DNA from: a virus | Virus record (IMG/VR): IMGVR_UViG_3300026549_000005 | Location: 1-64,000 of that record | DNA length: 64,000 nucleotides | Reading direction: 5' to 3' (one strand) | Part shown: positions 46,295-55,875 of the stretch, piece after piece | Position numbering within the stretch: the first letter of the stretch is position 1 | Layout: every line of letters starts with the position of its first letter | The notes under the pieces: model-generated | Database searches by the model: none | Seen by the model: only the letters and a program-made list of their open reading frames with translations | Told to the model about the DNA's origin: nothing | Made by a program: the position numbers and the translations under genes

Positions 46295-47368
46295 TTAACG
46301 ATTTTCACGGAATGCCTTTGTACAACTATCCCAACAATCGCAATTATCACAATCATCAAATCCGTCAACATCAACACCGAATTTATGACCGAATTTGCAT
46401 TTTCCTGAGCAAGCCTTTTTAGGTGTTTCATCTTCATCAAAATCATCCATATCATCAAATGATTTTTTAGAAGATTTTTTTGGAAGTTCATCATCTTCAT
46501 CTTCATCATCTTCATCACGATGCTTAGATTTTTTAGAAGGAGCAGGTTCATCATCTTCATCTTCATCATCTGCAACCTTTTTTGATGATTTTTTAGGTGT
46601 TTCATCTTCATCAGAATCATCATCTTCATCATCTTCCTGCCCATAAAGAATTTTTTCAACTTCTTCATAAGTTGGAACATTCATAATTTCATCAAAAGAA
46701 ATTGCCGATTCAACAAGTTCATCAGGTATAGGTTCATCACGGTCTTCAAAACCAAACGATTTGAATTCCATATATTTAATCTTACCAAAAGATGTTTCAC
46801 TTGCACGGAATTTAATTTCCTTACCATTTTCAACATCAGCAAAATCAACGAATCCGCCCTCTTCATCATCACGAGCCTCATCAATCAATTCCTTTTCAAA
46901 CAGATTGTGTGATGCCTCAAACACCTTAATTTTATCAGGGTCTTTCAAATCCTGAACATTGTAGAACACACGTCTTTTAGGTTTCAGGTCTTTAGCCTCT
47001 TTGTCCTTACCTTCTTTAGCAAGCAGTGCTGATTGTTCACAAATCGGACAAGGCTTACCATAAGTTTCTTTCAAACAGATAACACTTGCTTCACTTACAC
47101 CGACTGAACGGTGAACCCATAAATCCATCACATAATCAGTATCACCAATTTCAAAATCCCCACGCTTTACAAGCGGATGATTCTTTGTTTTGATTACATA
47201 AGGAATGATGTTAATTCTGTTTTTACCTTCAGCAGGCTTAAAAAAGTTCACTTCACCGTCAACTTTTCGCCAATCCATTACACCTTTTCTTGAACCGCCC
47301 TTACTTTCCTTAGTTTCAAAACTTGCCTGATAGCGTTTTGACAATCCACCTTTCTTCTTGTTCACCAT
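46295..47368 (-). CDS. gp32-like ssDNA-binding protein with repeated acidic/Lys tail and a Cys-rich C-terminus
   Basis: CLKETYGKPCPICEQ zinc motif. Tail of DDEDEDDE / PKKSSKK repeats. C-terminal CSGKCKFGH...CDNCDCWDSC. Confidence 0.6.
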   Translation of the reverse strand: MVNKKKGGLSKRYQASFETKESKGGSRKGVMDWRKVDGEVNFFKPAEGKNRINIIPYVIKTKNHPLVKRGDFEIGDTDYVMDLWVHRSVGVSEASVICLKETYGKPCPICEQSALLAKEGKDKEAKDLKPKRRVFYNVQDLKDPDKIKVFEASHNLFEKELIDEARDDEEGGFVDFADVENGKEIKFRASETSFGKIKYMEFKSFGFEDRDEPIPDELVESAISFDEIMNVPTYEEVEKILYGQEDDEDDDSDEDETPKKSSKKVADDEDEDDEPAPSKKSKHRDEDDEDEDDELPKKSSKKSFDDMDDFDEDETPKKACSGKCKFGHKFGVDVDGFDDCDNCDCWDSCTKAFRENR

Positions 47369-47380
47369 ATCGAACTCCTT

Positions 47381-47881
47381 TTATTTTTTACTGAGATTCC
47401 TGCGAATATCACTCGCCACATTCTCATTAATTGACTTTTTAACACCAGCACCATCTGCAACCGAATAATAGCCTGCAACATACAACTTAACAAGATTATC
47501 CAATTCAGACCTTCTTGCATCCATTGCGTTTACCGCAACCTGCAATCTACCAAAAGTTGTTTCAGCCTCCCGCAATTCAGATTTTGCTTTATCAACTTCA
47601 GAATCCAAAGTTAGCATTGAACTAACCATAGCTTCTGTAAATTTCTGCCCGCTTTCAGAAAGATTTTTCCTAATCCTGATGTTTGCTTCAGCCATAACAT
47701 ATTCAAGATTATCTTTTGCCTCACTTACATTACTTTTTGCCAATGAACAAGCCTCGGCATAATAAGCATATCTTGAGGCATGGGAAATACATTCTTCATC
47801 AAGTTTATACTTGTTGATTGTTAAATCTTTCTGAAAATCATCTTCAGAATTTTCTTTTGCCAATGTTTCAGCCTTTGTCAT
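47381..47881 (-). CDS. coiled-coil protein (UvsY-like mediator is only a guess)
   Basis: ORF track. Position beside the SSB and RecA-like genes. LYVAGYYS motif. Confidence 0.5.
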   Translation of the reverse strand: MTKAETLAKENSEDDFQKDLTINKYKLDEECISHASRYAYYAEACSLAKSNVSEAKDNLEYVMAEANIRIRKNLSESGQKFTEAMVSSMLTLDSEVDKAKSELREAETTFGRLQVAVNAMDARRSELDNLVKLYVAGYYSVADGAGVKKSINENVASDIRRNLSKK

Positions 47882-48062
47882 TTTCTACCACCTTTAAAAT
47901 GTGTTTGTTTTACACCATGTTGAATAACCATCTTCACCCTTTTTTTGTATCTTTATCAGTTTTCATAATCTGAAAATTCTTCCAAAAGATTGCATTATTC
48001 AACCATCTGAAAAATCTTGTTTTCTTCATTCATCTTTTAATCCTCCAAGATAATGTTCTTAT

Positions 48063-48075
48063 ACTTTAATTATAG
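48063..48075 (-). promoter_or_regulatory. class-2 motif TCTATAATTAAAGT
   Basis: Read directly in the 300-nt gap 47882..48184. Confidence 0.45.
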
Positions 48076-48184
48076 ATAATCTTATAAAATTATTTACCTT
48101 TTATAAAAAATTATTGCCAAGTTCTTTTTCCATCAACAACAACCATTTTCTTACCCATCATACAATCACTTATCTTTTTTCTTG

Positions 48185-49108
48185 TTATCCTAAAAGTGAT
48201 TCATAATCAAGACACGCAACTGTAATAGCAAATTTTCCATTTCTATATGTATCAGCCTGACTAAAAGCCTGCAATGCACAAACTGCATTCTGATTCATTT
48301 TACCTTTCAACAATACCGAATTCATATAACCCATAACTGCCTGCCTGATTCTTTCAGGCTCACTCAAATCCAAATCTTTAATTACCTGAGCAAGTTTTGC
48401 CCAGTTGCAACCCTGCGAAAGCAAGCATCTACACAACTCAATTGTTTCAGAATTTTCACCATCTACCCCTGCTGAAAGAACTTCCAATTGTTCATCTTCT
48501 GAATCCAAATAAAGAACCTTAGCAAGCAATTTTAATGCTTTTCTACTTCCACCATCAGCCTGCTCTATTATTGCATTTACAACTTCAGGTGTTAATTTCT
48601 TACCCTCTGCCCTTGCAGTCCTTTTAAGCAGGTAAGTCATTTCTTCATTGCTTAAAGGTTTCATTGCAACAACTGAACATCTTGTAACAAGCGGTTTTAT
48701 CAGTTTTTGTGGGTCGGTAGTACACAAGAAGAAATAAACATGGTCGGGTGTATCTTCGAGCGGTTTTAACATTGCATTCTGCATATCATTAGTCCACTTA
48801 TGGCATTCGTCAAAAATCCACACGAGAGCATCACCATCAGACGGCATATACTGCATTTGCTCCAAAATATCCCTTGCGGTATCAATACCACGGTTTTCAG
48901 CCGAGTTTATTTCACGAATGCTTAAATCACCTGCACCAACTTCTTTTGCGATGATTCTTGCCATTGTTGTTTTTCCGCAACCAGCATTTCCCGTAAACAA
49001 GAAAACATGACTACCATTTTCAAGTTCCTTTTTTACTGCCTTAATCGCCGATTCATTACCAACCATTTCATCTTCAGTTTGTGGTCTGTATTTTCTGTAA
49101 AGTTCCAT
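48185..49108 (-). CDS. clamp loader AAA+ ATPase (DNA pol III gamma/tau-like)
   Basis: GNAGCGKTT Walker A, IFDECH Walker B. The start was moved to M5 (GGAGGA SD). Confidence 0.8.
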   Translation of the reverse strand: MELYRKYRPQTEDEMVGNESAIKAVKKELENGSHVFLFTGNAGCGKTTMARIIAKEVGAGDLSIREINSAENRGIDTARDILEQMQYMPSDGDALVWIFDECHKWTNDMQNAMLKPLEDTPDHVYFFLCTTDPQKLIKPLVTRCSVVAMKPLSNEEMTYLLKRTARAEGKKLTPEVVNAIIEQADGGSRKALKLLAKVLYLDSEDEQLEVLSAGVDGENSETIELCRCLLSQGCNWAKLAQVIKDLDLSEPERIRQAVMGYMNSVLLKGKMNQNAVCALQAFSQADTYRNGKFAITVACLDYESLLG

Positions 49109-49119
49109 TTTATCCTCCA

Positions 49120-49131
49120 CATTAATTATAG
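49120..49131 (-). promoter_or_regulatory. class-2 motif variant CTATAATTAATG
   Basis: Read directly, upstream of the clamp-loader SD. Confidence 0.4.
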
Positions 49132-49149
49132 TATTAAAATAAACAAAAT

Positions 49150-49467
49150 TTATTTTATTTTTTCTAAAAACAAAAACATTTGTCTATTTAATTTTTCTTG
49201 TTCAAATTCATTTAATTCAATTTTAATTGATGAATTATTTCCATCAAGCATAACTTCAACTCTTGATTTAGGAATTACTTTGCAAATATATTCAGCCATT
49301 TTGAAAATTGTATATTCCCTCCAACAAGTAAATTCTTGCCCTTGTATTATTACAGATTCATGTCTATCCAATTTTCTTGCTTCAATACTACCTTTAGAAT
49401 TTTTCTTATAGGCTTTCATTCCAATTGAAATAAATTCTTCAATCATGTTTTCGGTATTCCATATCAA
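49150..49467 (-). CDS. hypothetical protein (105 aa)
   Basis: ORF track. Confidence 0.5.
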   Translation of the reverse strand: MIWNTENMIEEFISIGMKAYKKNSKGSIEARKLDRHESVIIQGQEFTCWREYTIFKMAEYICKVIPKSRVEVMLDGNNSSIKIELNEFEQEKLNRQMFLFLEKIK

Positions 49468-50093
49468 TTTACAACCTCATCAATAAATATTAGTTCCTGA
49501 GCATACGGCAATGTTCTCGCCCAATCAATAAAAGATTTTGACCACTCTGTTAGTTTATGAAATCGCCTTTGCCCTTTACTGCACATTGCAAGCAAGTTTT
49601 CATAATCCATAGTAACCGTTCTTTTCTGCAACCAAGATTCAGGCAAATTTACAATAAGTTTTTTCCACCAAACTTTGTCTTTAGTTTCATTGTAATTTTT
49701 TCTATACCCCTCAAGAAATTCGATTGTTTTAGGCAAAATATAATTCCCGCATTCAAAACAATCTCTTGTAATTGGAGTATCAGCCAACTTGTGCATTGTA
49801 GAAGTTGAGTTTGCGACTGTTCCAACTTTGTATGTATCAAACTCTTTCCACCAGTAAAGCGGAGCAGTTATATCGACACATACGAAAATCTGTCGCATAA
49901 ACTTTCTATGCTCTGAACCTGCTTTTATCAGGCTTTGTGCAAGTTTAAGGTCATTTTCACCAATTACTGTATTTTCAATTTTTCCGTTATAGCCTTTAAA
50001 AATCGAATCACTTTTATTCCAACTATTTTTTGGATTCCTAGCACCCAAAATCGCATTATAAATGTTATATACCGATGTATCTTCAAAAAGCAT
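49464..50093 (-). CDS. ThyX-like (divergent flavin-dependent thymidylate synthase-like) protein
   Basis: SEHRKFMRQIFVCVDITAPLYWWKEFDTYKVGTVANSTSTMH resembles the ThyX core, but the RHR..S motif is not canonical. Confidence 0.45.
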   Translation of the reverse strand: MLFEDTSVYNIYNAILGARNPKNSWNKSDSIFKGYNGKIENTVIGENDLKLAQSLIKAGSEHRKFMRQIFVCVDITAPLYWWKEFDTYKVGTVANSTSTMHKLADTPITRDCFECGNYILPKTIEFLEGYRKNYNETKDKVWWKKLIVNLPESWLQKRTVTMDYENLLAMCSKGQRRFHKLTEWSKSFIDWARTLPYAQELIFIDEVVN

Positions 50094-50338
50094 TATTTTC
50101 GCTCCTCCTTTTCAATCAATTTATTCAAATACCACTGTGCTTTTTTAAGTTCCTGCACGGTTTCATCTTTCTTGCCAACCCTACAAAGATACTTCAACGC
50201 ATTTCCACGCAAAAAACCCTTATATTGTTCTTCTGGTAACCACGCTTCAAGAACTTTGATACATTCATAAGTCGTATCACCGCCATATCTTTCAGGGTGA
50301 TTCACTTCTTCTTTTTTAAGTTCCATAGTTTCTTTCAT
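50093..50338 (-). CDS. DUF3310-like protein
   Basis: HPERY..ECIKVLEAW...GNALKYLCRVGKK...LKKAQWYL. Confidence 0.6.
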   Translation of the reverse strand: MKETMELKKEEVNHPERYGGDTTYECIKVLEAWLPEEQYKGFLRGNALKYLCRVGKKDETVQELKKAQWYLNKLIEKEERK

Positions 50339-50348
50339 TTATAACTCC

Positions 50349-52268
50349 TTAAAATAAACTATTTGTATTTAAGTCAATTCCAAAATCGGCAATTCTTTTT
50401 TTGGCTAAATTTATATACCAAGTCTTGTCAAGTTTTTCAGGAATTTCAACACCATTCACTTCATCATTAAAGATAAAAACATTATCGCAAGTATTAGCGA
50501 ACTTTTCGATAGTTGCACCTTCAGTTTTACATTTTCCAATGTAAGTATCTGATTTATCTTTACTAGCAAAAACCCTGAATGTTCTATCTGTAAGATAATG
50601 CCCATTATGCCAGCCCATGCAATAATTTGAACTTATTTTAACTATCTTTTGAAATTGCTTTAATTCATTACATTCAGCAATTGTATCTTCAGGCAACACA
50701 CCTTTAGTTAAATAATCAACAATTGCTTTATTCACAATCGGCAAATCGTTATCAAGTTCACTTAATTCCTTAACATAAGCACCTTTTCTTTCAAGTTTTC
50801 CATTAGTAAAACGCATGATGTAATTATTTACATCTTTCTGCCAAATTTCAGAAATTTCATCAAAACCCAATCCCATTTTTGTTCTATCCATCCATTCCTG
50901 ACATATTTCCCGCATTTTCTTTTCAGCATCATCATTATCAGCAACTTGCAGGATAATACCATCAGTATTTGATTGGATAATATCGGCATAACCCTCAAGA
51001 TGCTCGAGCAAATCAAGCAACATTAACTGCCCATTTACACAAACATTGTTTGCCTGCCGAGGGTCATAAGCACTTGAATTCTTATCTTTACAAATTCCAT
51101 AAGTAGAATTCAAAATAATCTTATATGGTGCTTGTTCTTTTTTCTTGCCTGCTTTTTTAAGTTCAACACGTTTATCGTATATTTCCTTAAACTTTTTCTT
51201 ATTCTCACAATTTCTAGTTAGAAAATCATAAACAATCATAATTGATGGATAATAAGAAGTAACATCAACATGGAATAATCGACCTTTTATGTGCAGAGGT
51301 TCTTCAGGACAACCATGTAGACCACCCCACCCGAACACATGAGGAACTCCACAAACTTCAATTTCCAAACTGTTTTTATAATCATGATTTCTAGGATTTT
51401 CAAACCAATCCCGCACAAGTTTATATTTTTTAAGTTTCAGAATTGGAACAATCTGTAAATCAAATTCATCATCATGTTCTTTCTTTTCACACCCAATAAC
51501 CTTTGCACTTAATTGAGCCTTAGTTGCCCTAACCTTTGCTATATCAAGATGAAAGGTGTTTATCATATCTATTTGTGCATCATATTCTGTTTTTCTTATC
51601 TTAAATACTTCAATAAGCTGCTCAACATCATGCCCACAATATTTAATTGTTTCCACAACTTCATGTCTTGTTAATTCCCTATCCAAATCAAAAGGAACAC
51701 TTGTTTCTTTTATGTTATTACCCATGAATCCTTCAAGTTGTTTTAATCCTTGCATAGCAGGAGCAATGTCAAAATCAAGCAACTGAATATCTTTAAATTC
51801 ATCACTAATCTGCCAACCCTTCATTCCCAGCATAATAATTTTATCGTTTACTTTTTTAGGGTTCATATCAAGTAAAATTGATTTAAGAATGTATGTATCA
51901 TAATTTCTTGAATTATAGCCAACCCACAATTCTTCTTTATGGTGTCTGTAATAACGTTTTAATGCTTTTCTATCATTTACAATAACTTCTTTTATGTTTT
52001 CAATCGGATTAACGATAACGACCATCCAATCGCACATAAACACTTCAAAATCATAAAAATTAAGTGAATATGGATAATTTTCAATTGTAAAATCCTGATA
52101 TTTTTCATGGTCAAGTTGCACCTTTCTATCCATAACAATCAATTTATCTAAATCAGGTTCTTTATAAACAATCTTTTTAGGTTTTACATCTGCAACTTCT
52201 TTCTTTACAACCATTTGTGCAGGTTCACCCCTTAAAATTCTAATATCATCAGAATCAAATAAACTCAT
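50349..52268 (-). CDS. family B DNA polymerase
   Basis: Exo I FYDFEVF, Exo II GYNSRNYDTY, Exo III YCGHDVEQL, motif A DVTSYYPS, motif B KIILNSTYG, motif C SNTDGI. The protein ends NTNSLF. Confidence 0.85.
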   Translation of the reverse strand: MSLFDSDDIRILRGEPAQMVVKKEVADVKPKKIVYKEPDLDKLIVMDRKVQLDHEKYQDFTIENYPYSLNFYDFEVFMCDWMVVIVNPIENIKEVIVNDRKALKRYYRHHKEELWVGYNSRNYDTYILKSILLDMNPKKVNDKIIMLGMKGWQISDEFKDIQLLDFDIAPAMQGLKQLEGFMGNNIKETSVPFDLDRELTRHEVVETIKYCGHDVEQLIEVFKIRKTEYDAQIDMINTFHLDIAKVRATKAQLSAKVIGCEKKEHDDEFDLQIVPILKLKKYKLVRDWFENPRNHDYKNSLEIEVCGVPHVFGWGGLHGCPEEPLHIKGRLFHVDVTSYYPSIMIVYDFLTRNCENKKKFKEIYDKRVELKKAGKKKEQAPYKIILNSTYGICKDKNSSAYDPRQANNVCVNGQLMLLDLLEHLEGYADIIQSNTDGIILQVADNDDAEKKMREICQEWMDRTKMGLGFDEISEIWQKDVNNYIMRFTNGKLERKGAYVKELSELDNDLPIVNKAIVDYLTKGVLPEDTIAECNELKQFQKIVKISSNYCMGWHNGHYLTDRTFRVFASKDKSDTYIGKCKTEGATIEKFANTCDNVFIFNDEVNGVEIPEKLDKTWYINLAKKRIADFGIDLNTNSLF

Positions 52269-52280
52269 ATTTACCTCAAG

Positions 52281-52314
52281 AAAATAATGCTAACTGACTT
52301 TTACATCAGTTAGC
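52281..52314 (-). terminator. terminator-like hairpin between the clamp and polymerase genes
   Basis: GCTAACTGA ... TCAGTTAGC stem. A T-rich run follows on the minus strand. Confidence 0.5.
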
Positions 52315-52323
52315 AGGAATCAA

Positions 52324-53406
52324 TTATTTCTTTACATCAATTGTTGAAATCAAGTGTGTAGATGTTGGAGTCACAAACAACAAACGCATCGCCTCTTTTC
52401 CACTTTTCAAAGTCTGCTTTACAAGATAGAATTCGGTTGAACGCTTCGCAATAAATGACATCATGTTAGGGTCAACATATACGGTAATAGGTTCAAATTC
52501 TTCACCCAAATTTTCAACCCAATCAACTTTTTCAGCATAATTTCCCGTCGCTCTTTCGGATTCAACTAAAATACCATCAGTTGAAAGTGTTAATCTAATT
52601 GCAGATTTTTCAACTGTTTCAATACTGAATGGCACTGCACGGTCAATTGCATTAAACATTTCAAGCGGGAATTTTCCATGCAATCCACTTTCCTTATCAT
52701 CAGATATGGCAAGAACCTTTTCAATTGCCTCAAGCGGGAATTTGTTAAATTGCAGGGTTTTTACACTAAAAACTGTTTCATTTACAGACTTAAAATGAAC
52801 CCAATTTCCATTCAACTGAACTGAAGTCAATTTTCCAACTTTAAGCAATTCAGCAACGGATTTATCAGACAACCAAAATTCAGATAAATCAACATCTTTG
52901 AAGTCATATTTATTTACCTGCCATCCATCAGTTGAATACATTGTTGCACCCTTTACTGCAATTCCTGCCATTGGTGTTTTGTTATTCTGCATTAAACAAG
53001 TTCCAAGTCCATCTGCAAAATCTTCAGGTAAATCAACCCAATCTTCAGCAGGCTCAACACCTTCAAGTCTTGTCTGATATTCAAATTCCATCAGGGTTAA
53101 TTCAGCCTTTGCCTTACCATTTTTCAAAACCCATTTTTTCTCGGCAACTTCAAATTCAATTTCATCTGAAGGGAATTTGCTGATAACCTTAAAGAATTCA
53201 TCTGCATGAACTGCACCCTCAATTGATTCTTCAACCAATCCCGCCTGCTCAATTGGCACTGCAACTGAAATCAAATCATTGTAACTGTAAATCCTGCCTG
53301 AATGGAAAATAAAGGCATCTGCACCCGATAAAGTTGAATTCCCCGTTTCAATACCAGGCATTGCCATTTTAAGACTTTCCATCAGTGCTTTTTTCTGAAC
53401 AACCAT
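52324..53406 (-). CDS. beta-type (three-domain, DnaN-like) sliding clamp
   Basis: 360 aa. Repeated domain pattern. Position beside the polymerase gene. Confidence 0.65.
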   Translation of the reverse strand: MVVQKKALMESLKMAMPGIETGNSTLSGADAFIFHSGRIYSYNDLISVAVPIEQAGLVEESIEGAVHADEFFKVISKFPSDEIEFEVAEKKWVLKNGKAKAELTLMEFEYQTRLEGVEPAEDWVDLPEDFADGLGTCLMQNNKTPMAGIAVKGATMYSTDGWQVNKYDFKDVDLSEFWLSDKSVAELLKVGKLTSVQLNGNWVHFKSVNETVFSVKTLQFNKFPLEAIEKVLAISDDKESGLHGKFPLEMFNAIDRAVPFSIETVEKSAIRLTLSTDGILVESERATGNYAEKVDWVENLGEEFEPITVYVDPNMMSFIAKRSTEFYLVKQTLKSGKEAMRLLFVTPTSTHLISTIDVKK

Positions 53407-53434
53407 CTGTCATTCCTCCATTATCATTGTTTAT

Positions 53435-53447
53435 ACTTTAATTATAG
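53435..53447 (-). promoter_or_regulatory. class-2 motif TCTATAATTAAAGT
   Basis: Directly after a terminator and before the clamp SD. Confidence 0.5.
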
Positions 53448-53457
53448 AAATTGAGAT

Positions 53458-53490
53458 AAAAAAAAGCACCGATTTTACTCGGTGCTTTTC
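53458..53490 (-). terminator. rho-independent terminator
   Basis: AGCACCG ... CGGTGCT stem, followed on the minus strand by T8. Confidence 0.75.
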
Positions 53491-53515
53491 ATTTAATTCC
53501 TTATTAAAAACTTCC

Positions 53516-55213
53516 TCATTTCAATCCCTTTCTTTCCTTGTATCTTTTCAAAATATCTTTATCCATATCACCAATATCAAACATAACCGCATCATCTTCA
53601 TTATTTAATACTTTTTTCATATCCTTATTATGAGTATTCAATATTTCAATTATATCTTCATCAATACTATCTTCAAGAATAAGATAATAAGCCATAACAG
53701 AATCAGCCTTTTGCCCTATACGGTGTACACGGTCTTCCGCTTGTTCAACTTCAACACAAGTCTGCCCAAATTCAATAAAGCAGGTCGCCTTACTTGCAGT
53801 TAATGTAATTCCTGCACCACAAGCCTTTATCTGCCCAACGAATAATTTAATTTTTTCATCATTCTGAAATCTATCAATATTTTTCTGCCTATCTTCAACT
53901 TTTGTTCCGCCATTTATTCCAACTGAAACACCCTTAAAAGTATCAAGCATAAAATCAAAAGTTGCCTTATGATAAACAAAAACAACCAACTTATCATTTA
54001 TCTGTAAATAATCCTTTATCCATTGCAAAACCGCATTTCTTTTTGCTTCAAAACTAGCCCGCTTTAATTGTGCCAATCTTTGCAGGGCATTTGTTTCACC
54101 TCTTGAGATTGCATCTAGGAAGTCCGCATCTACATCATTGTACTGTTTGCGTTCTTTCTCACTCACTGCCATTGGAACAATTATTCTGTTTTTAGGTGGT
54201 AATTGTGTTAGAACATCTTTCTTTAATCTTCTTATCATAAATCTGCTTATCTTTTGGTGTAATTCATCAGCGTTAGATAATCCATTAAACTGCCAACCAA
54301 AATAAGTCTTAATAGGGTCACAATACCGCATTAAATATGCCCATCTGCTAGGAAATAATTTCTTATTAAGGATATTTAGGCAGGTGAAAAATTGACTTGT
54401 TCTTGTTTCATAAGGTGTACCACTCAAAAATATTTTCTTTGCCTTATTATCACAAATCTGCTGAACTGCCCTAGACCTGATTGTTTCAGGCTCAGCAATA
54501 TACTGAACTTCATCTGCAATAATTGTATTAAAAGTGTGATTATTTATTTCATCACACCAACCATAAACTTTGAGGATTTTCTTTTTATAAGGTTCTTTCT
54601 TTTCCTTGCACTTTTTCTGCCTTGCTAATTCAGCCTCTTTTTCTGCCTTATCTTCACTACCCAAAATATCATAGTTTACAATCCAAACGGGATATTTCTT
54701 CAAAAATTCATCAGAGAGTCTTTCAGGCATCCTGCCACTAATTATGTAGGTCTTCACTCCGCTCCACTTCTCAACTTCCCTTGCCCAATTCAGTTTCAAA
54801 CTTGCAGGGCAAATAACAAGTGCAGGCAAACTATTTTCTTTTAGTGCCAAATAAACACAAGCCTGAACTGTTTTACCCAAACCCATTTCATCAGCCAATA
54901 AGTAATTCTTATCATCTGATAATAATTGTTTTACACCTTCTTTCTGAAAAGGATATAAAGATTCAGGTATTTTATAACCACAATCTATTTCTTTTTTTAC
55001 TTTATCTTTCAAAAATATCTTTGCTGATTCATCAAATGGATAACCTGCCTCAAACAGTTTCAACGCATTCCTCCTAGTTGGTGGTAAACAGAAAATATTA
55101 ACATTAGATAAATATTCTGAATATTCTGATTCTTTTGCTATATCAAGAACAACCCTAAAATCCTTACCTTTAGTTAATTGCACACACAACCTTTCACCAT
55201 CATAGATAACCAT
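53516..55213 (-). CDS. SNF2-family helicase
   Basis: LLADEMGLGKTVQA, ADEVQYI, QAEDRVHRIGQ. Confidence 0.85.
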   Translation of the reverse strand: MVIYDGERLCVQLTKGKDFRVVLDIAKESEYSEYLSNVNIFCLPPTRRNALKLFEAGYPFDESAKIFLKDKVKKEIDCGYKIPESLYPFQKEGVKQLLSDDKNYLLADEMGLGKTVQACVYLALKENSLPALVICPASLKLNWAREVEKWSGVKTYIISGRMPERLSDEFLKKYPVWIVNYDILGSEDKAEKEAELARQKKCKEKKEPYKKKILKVYGWCDEINNHTFNTIIADEVQYIAEPETIRSRAVQQICDNKAKKIFLSGTPYETRTSQFFTCLNILNKKLFPSRWAYLMRYCDPIKTYFGWQFNGLSNADELHQKISRFMIRRLKKDVLTQLPPKNRIIVPMAVSEKERKQYNDVDADFLDAISRGETNALQRLAQLKRASFEAKRNAVLQWIKDYLQINDKLVVFVYHKATFDFMLDTFKGVSVGINGGTKVEDRQKNIDRFQNDEKIKLFVGQIKACGAGITLTASKATCFIEFGQTCVEVEQAEDRVHRIGQKADSVMAYYLILEDSIDEDIIEILNTHNKDMKKVLNNEDDAVMFDIGDMDKDILKRYKERKGLK

Positions 55214-55228
55214 TTATAACCCCATAAT

Positions 55229-55271
55229 AAAAAAAAGGTGGTCAAAAGTTAAAAATAAACAATCGACCACC
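55229..55271 (-). terminator. terminator-like hairpin
   Basis: GGTGGTC ... GACCACC stem (long loop), followed on the minus strand by T8. Confidence 0.5.
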
Positions 55272-55290
55272 TGCTTAAAGTCAATAAAAA

Positions 55291-55803
55291 TTACGCATAC
55301 AAAGCATAGCCATCAGAATTCCAAAATGTTTTAATTTCTTCCCACAACCTTATACTTTTCTGCCTGCTATAATGAAATTTCTTCATAACCCTTGCAATAG
55401 TGGGTTTGCAGGAATAAACATTGTTTTCATCATTCCATTCAAAACTCACAAGCCAATTCAAAACATCATAAGCCTCAATCGTAAGCATTTCTTTTGCAAC
55501 TGCCAAAAAATCCTTCACTTTAAGACTTTCAGTTTTTTCATCAACTTCCAAATCATATTCAGCACCATAAATCACAAACTTTTTTCTTTTAATTTCTGCC
55601 TTGCAATAATCACCCAATGACTTCAGACGAACATACAAAAAAGTGATAAATTGCACACCACTTGAAATATCATACTTTTCAAGGGTTTCACAATAAATCA
55701 AGAATGCCTGAGCCTCAACATCTTCATAAGGTAATTTATACAATCTTGCATAATTACCTGCCGTTTTTCTAATAAGTCTGACATACTTATCAAACATATC
55801 CAT
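55291..55803 (-). CDS. sigma-factor-like protein
   Basis: Region-2-like PYEDVEAQAFLIYCETLEKYD...FITFLYVRLKS. C-terminal HTH-like PTIARVMKKFHYSRQKSIRLW. Confidence 0.5.
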   Translation of the reverse strand: MDMFDKYVRLIRKTAGNYARLYKLPYEDVEAQAFLIYCETLEKYDISSGVQFITFLYVRLKSLGDYCKAEIKRKKFVIYGAEYDLEVDEKTESLKVKDFLAVAKEMLTIEAYDVLNWLVSFEWNDENNVYSCKPTIARVMKKFHYSRQKSIRLWEEIKTFWNSDGYALYA

Positions 55804-55819
55804 ACATATCCTCCAAATC

Positions 55820-55875
55820 TACAATATGATTATTTTATAAATCAATTTATATTAAAAGTCAAGTAGTTTTATTCA
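55820..55875 (-). promoter_or_regulatory. class-1 promoter repeat (TTGACT-17-TATAAA)
   Basis: Minus strand: AAACTACTTGACTTTTAATATAAATTGATTTATAAAATAATC...GGAGGATATGTATG. Confidence 0.55.

Noticed and set aside
46288-46680. Minus-strand MMKM-rich ORF and plus-strand poly-Ser ORF (46395..46646) inside the SSB gene
   Set aside because: They are alternative-frame readings of the GAT/GAA-rich acidic repeat and have no independent signals.
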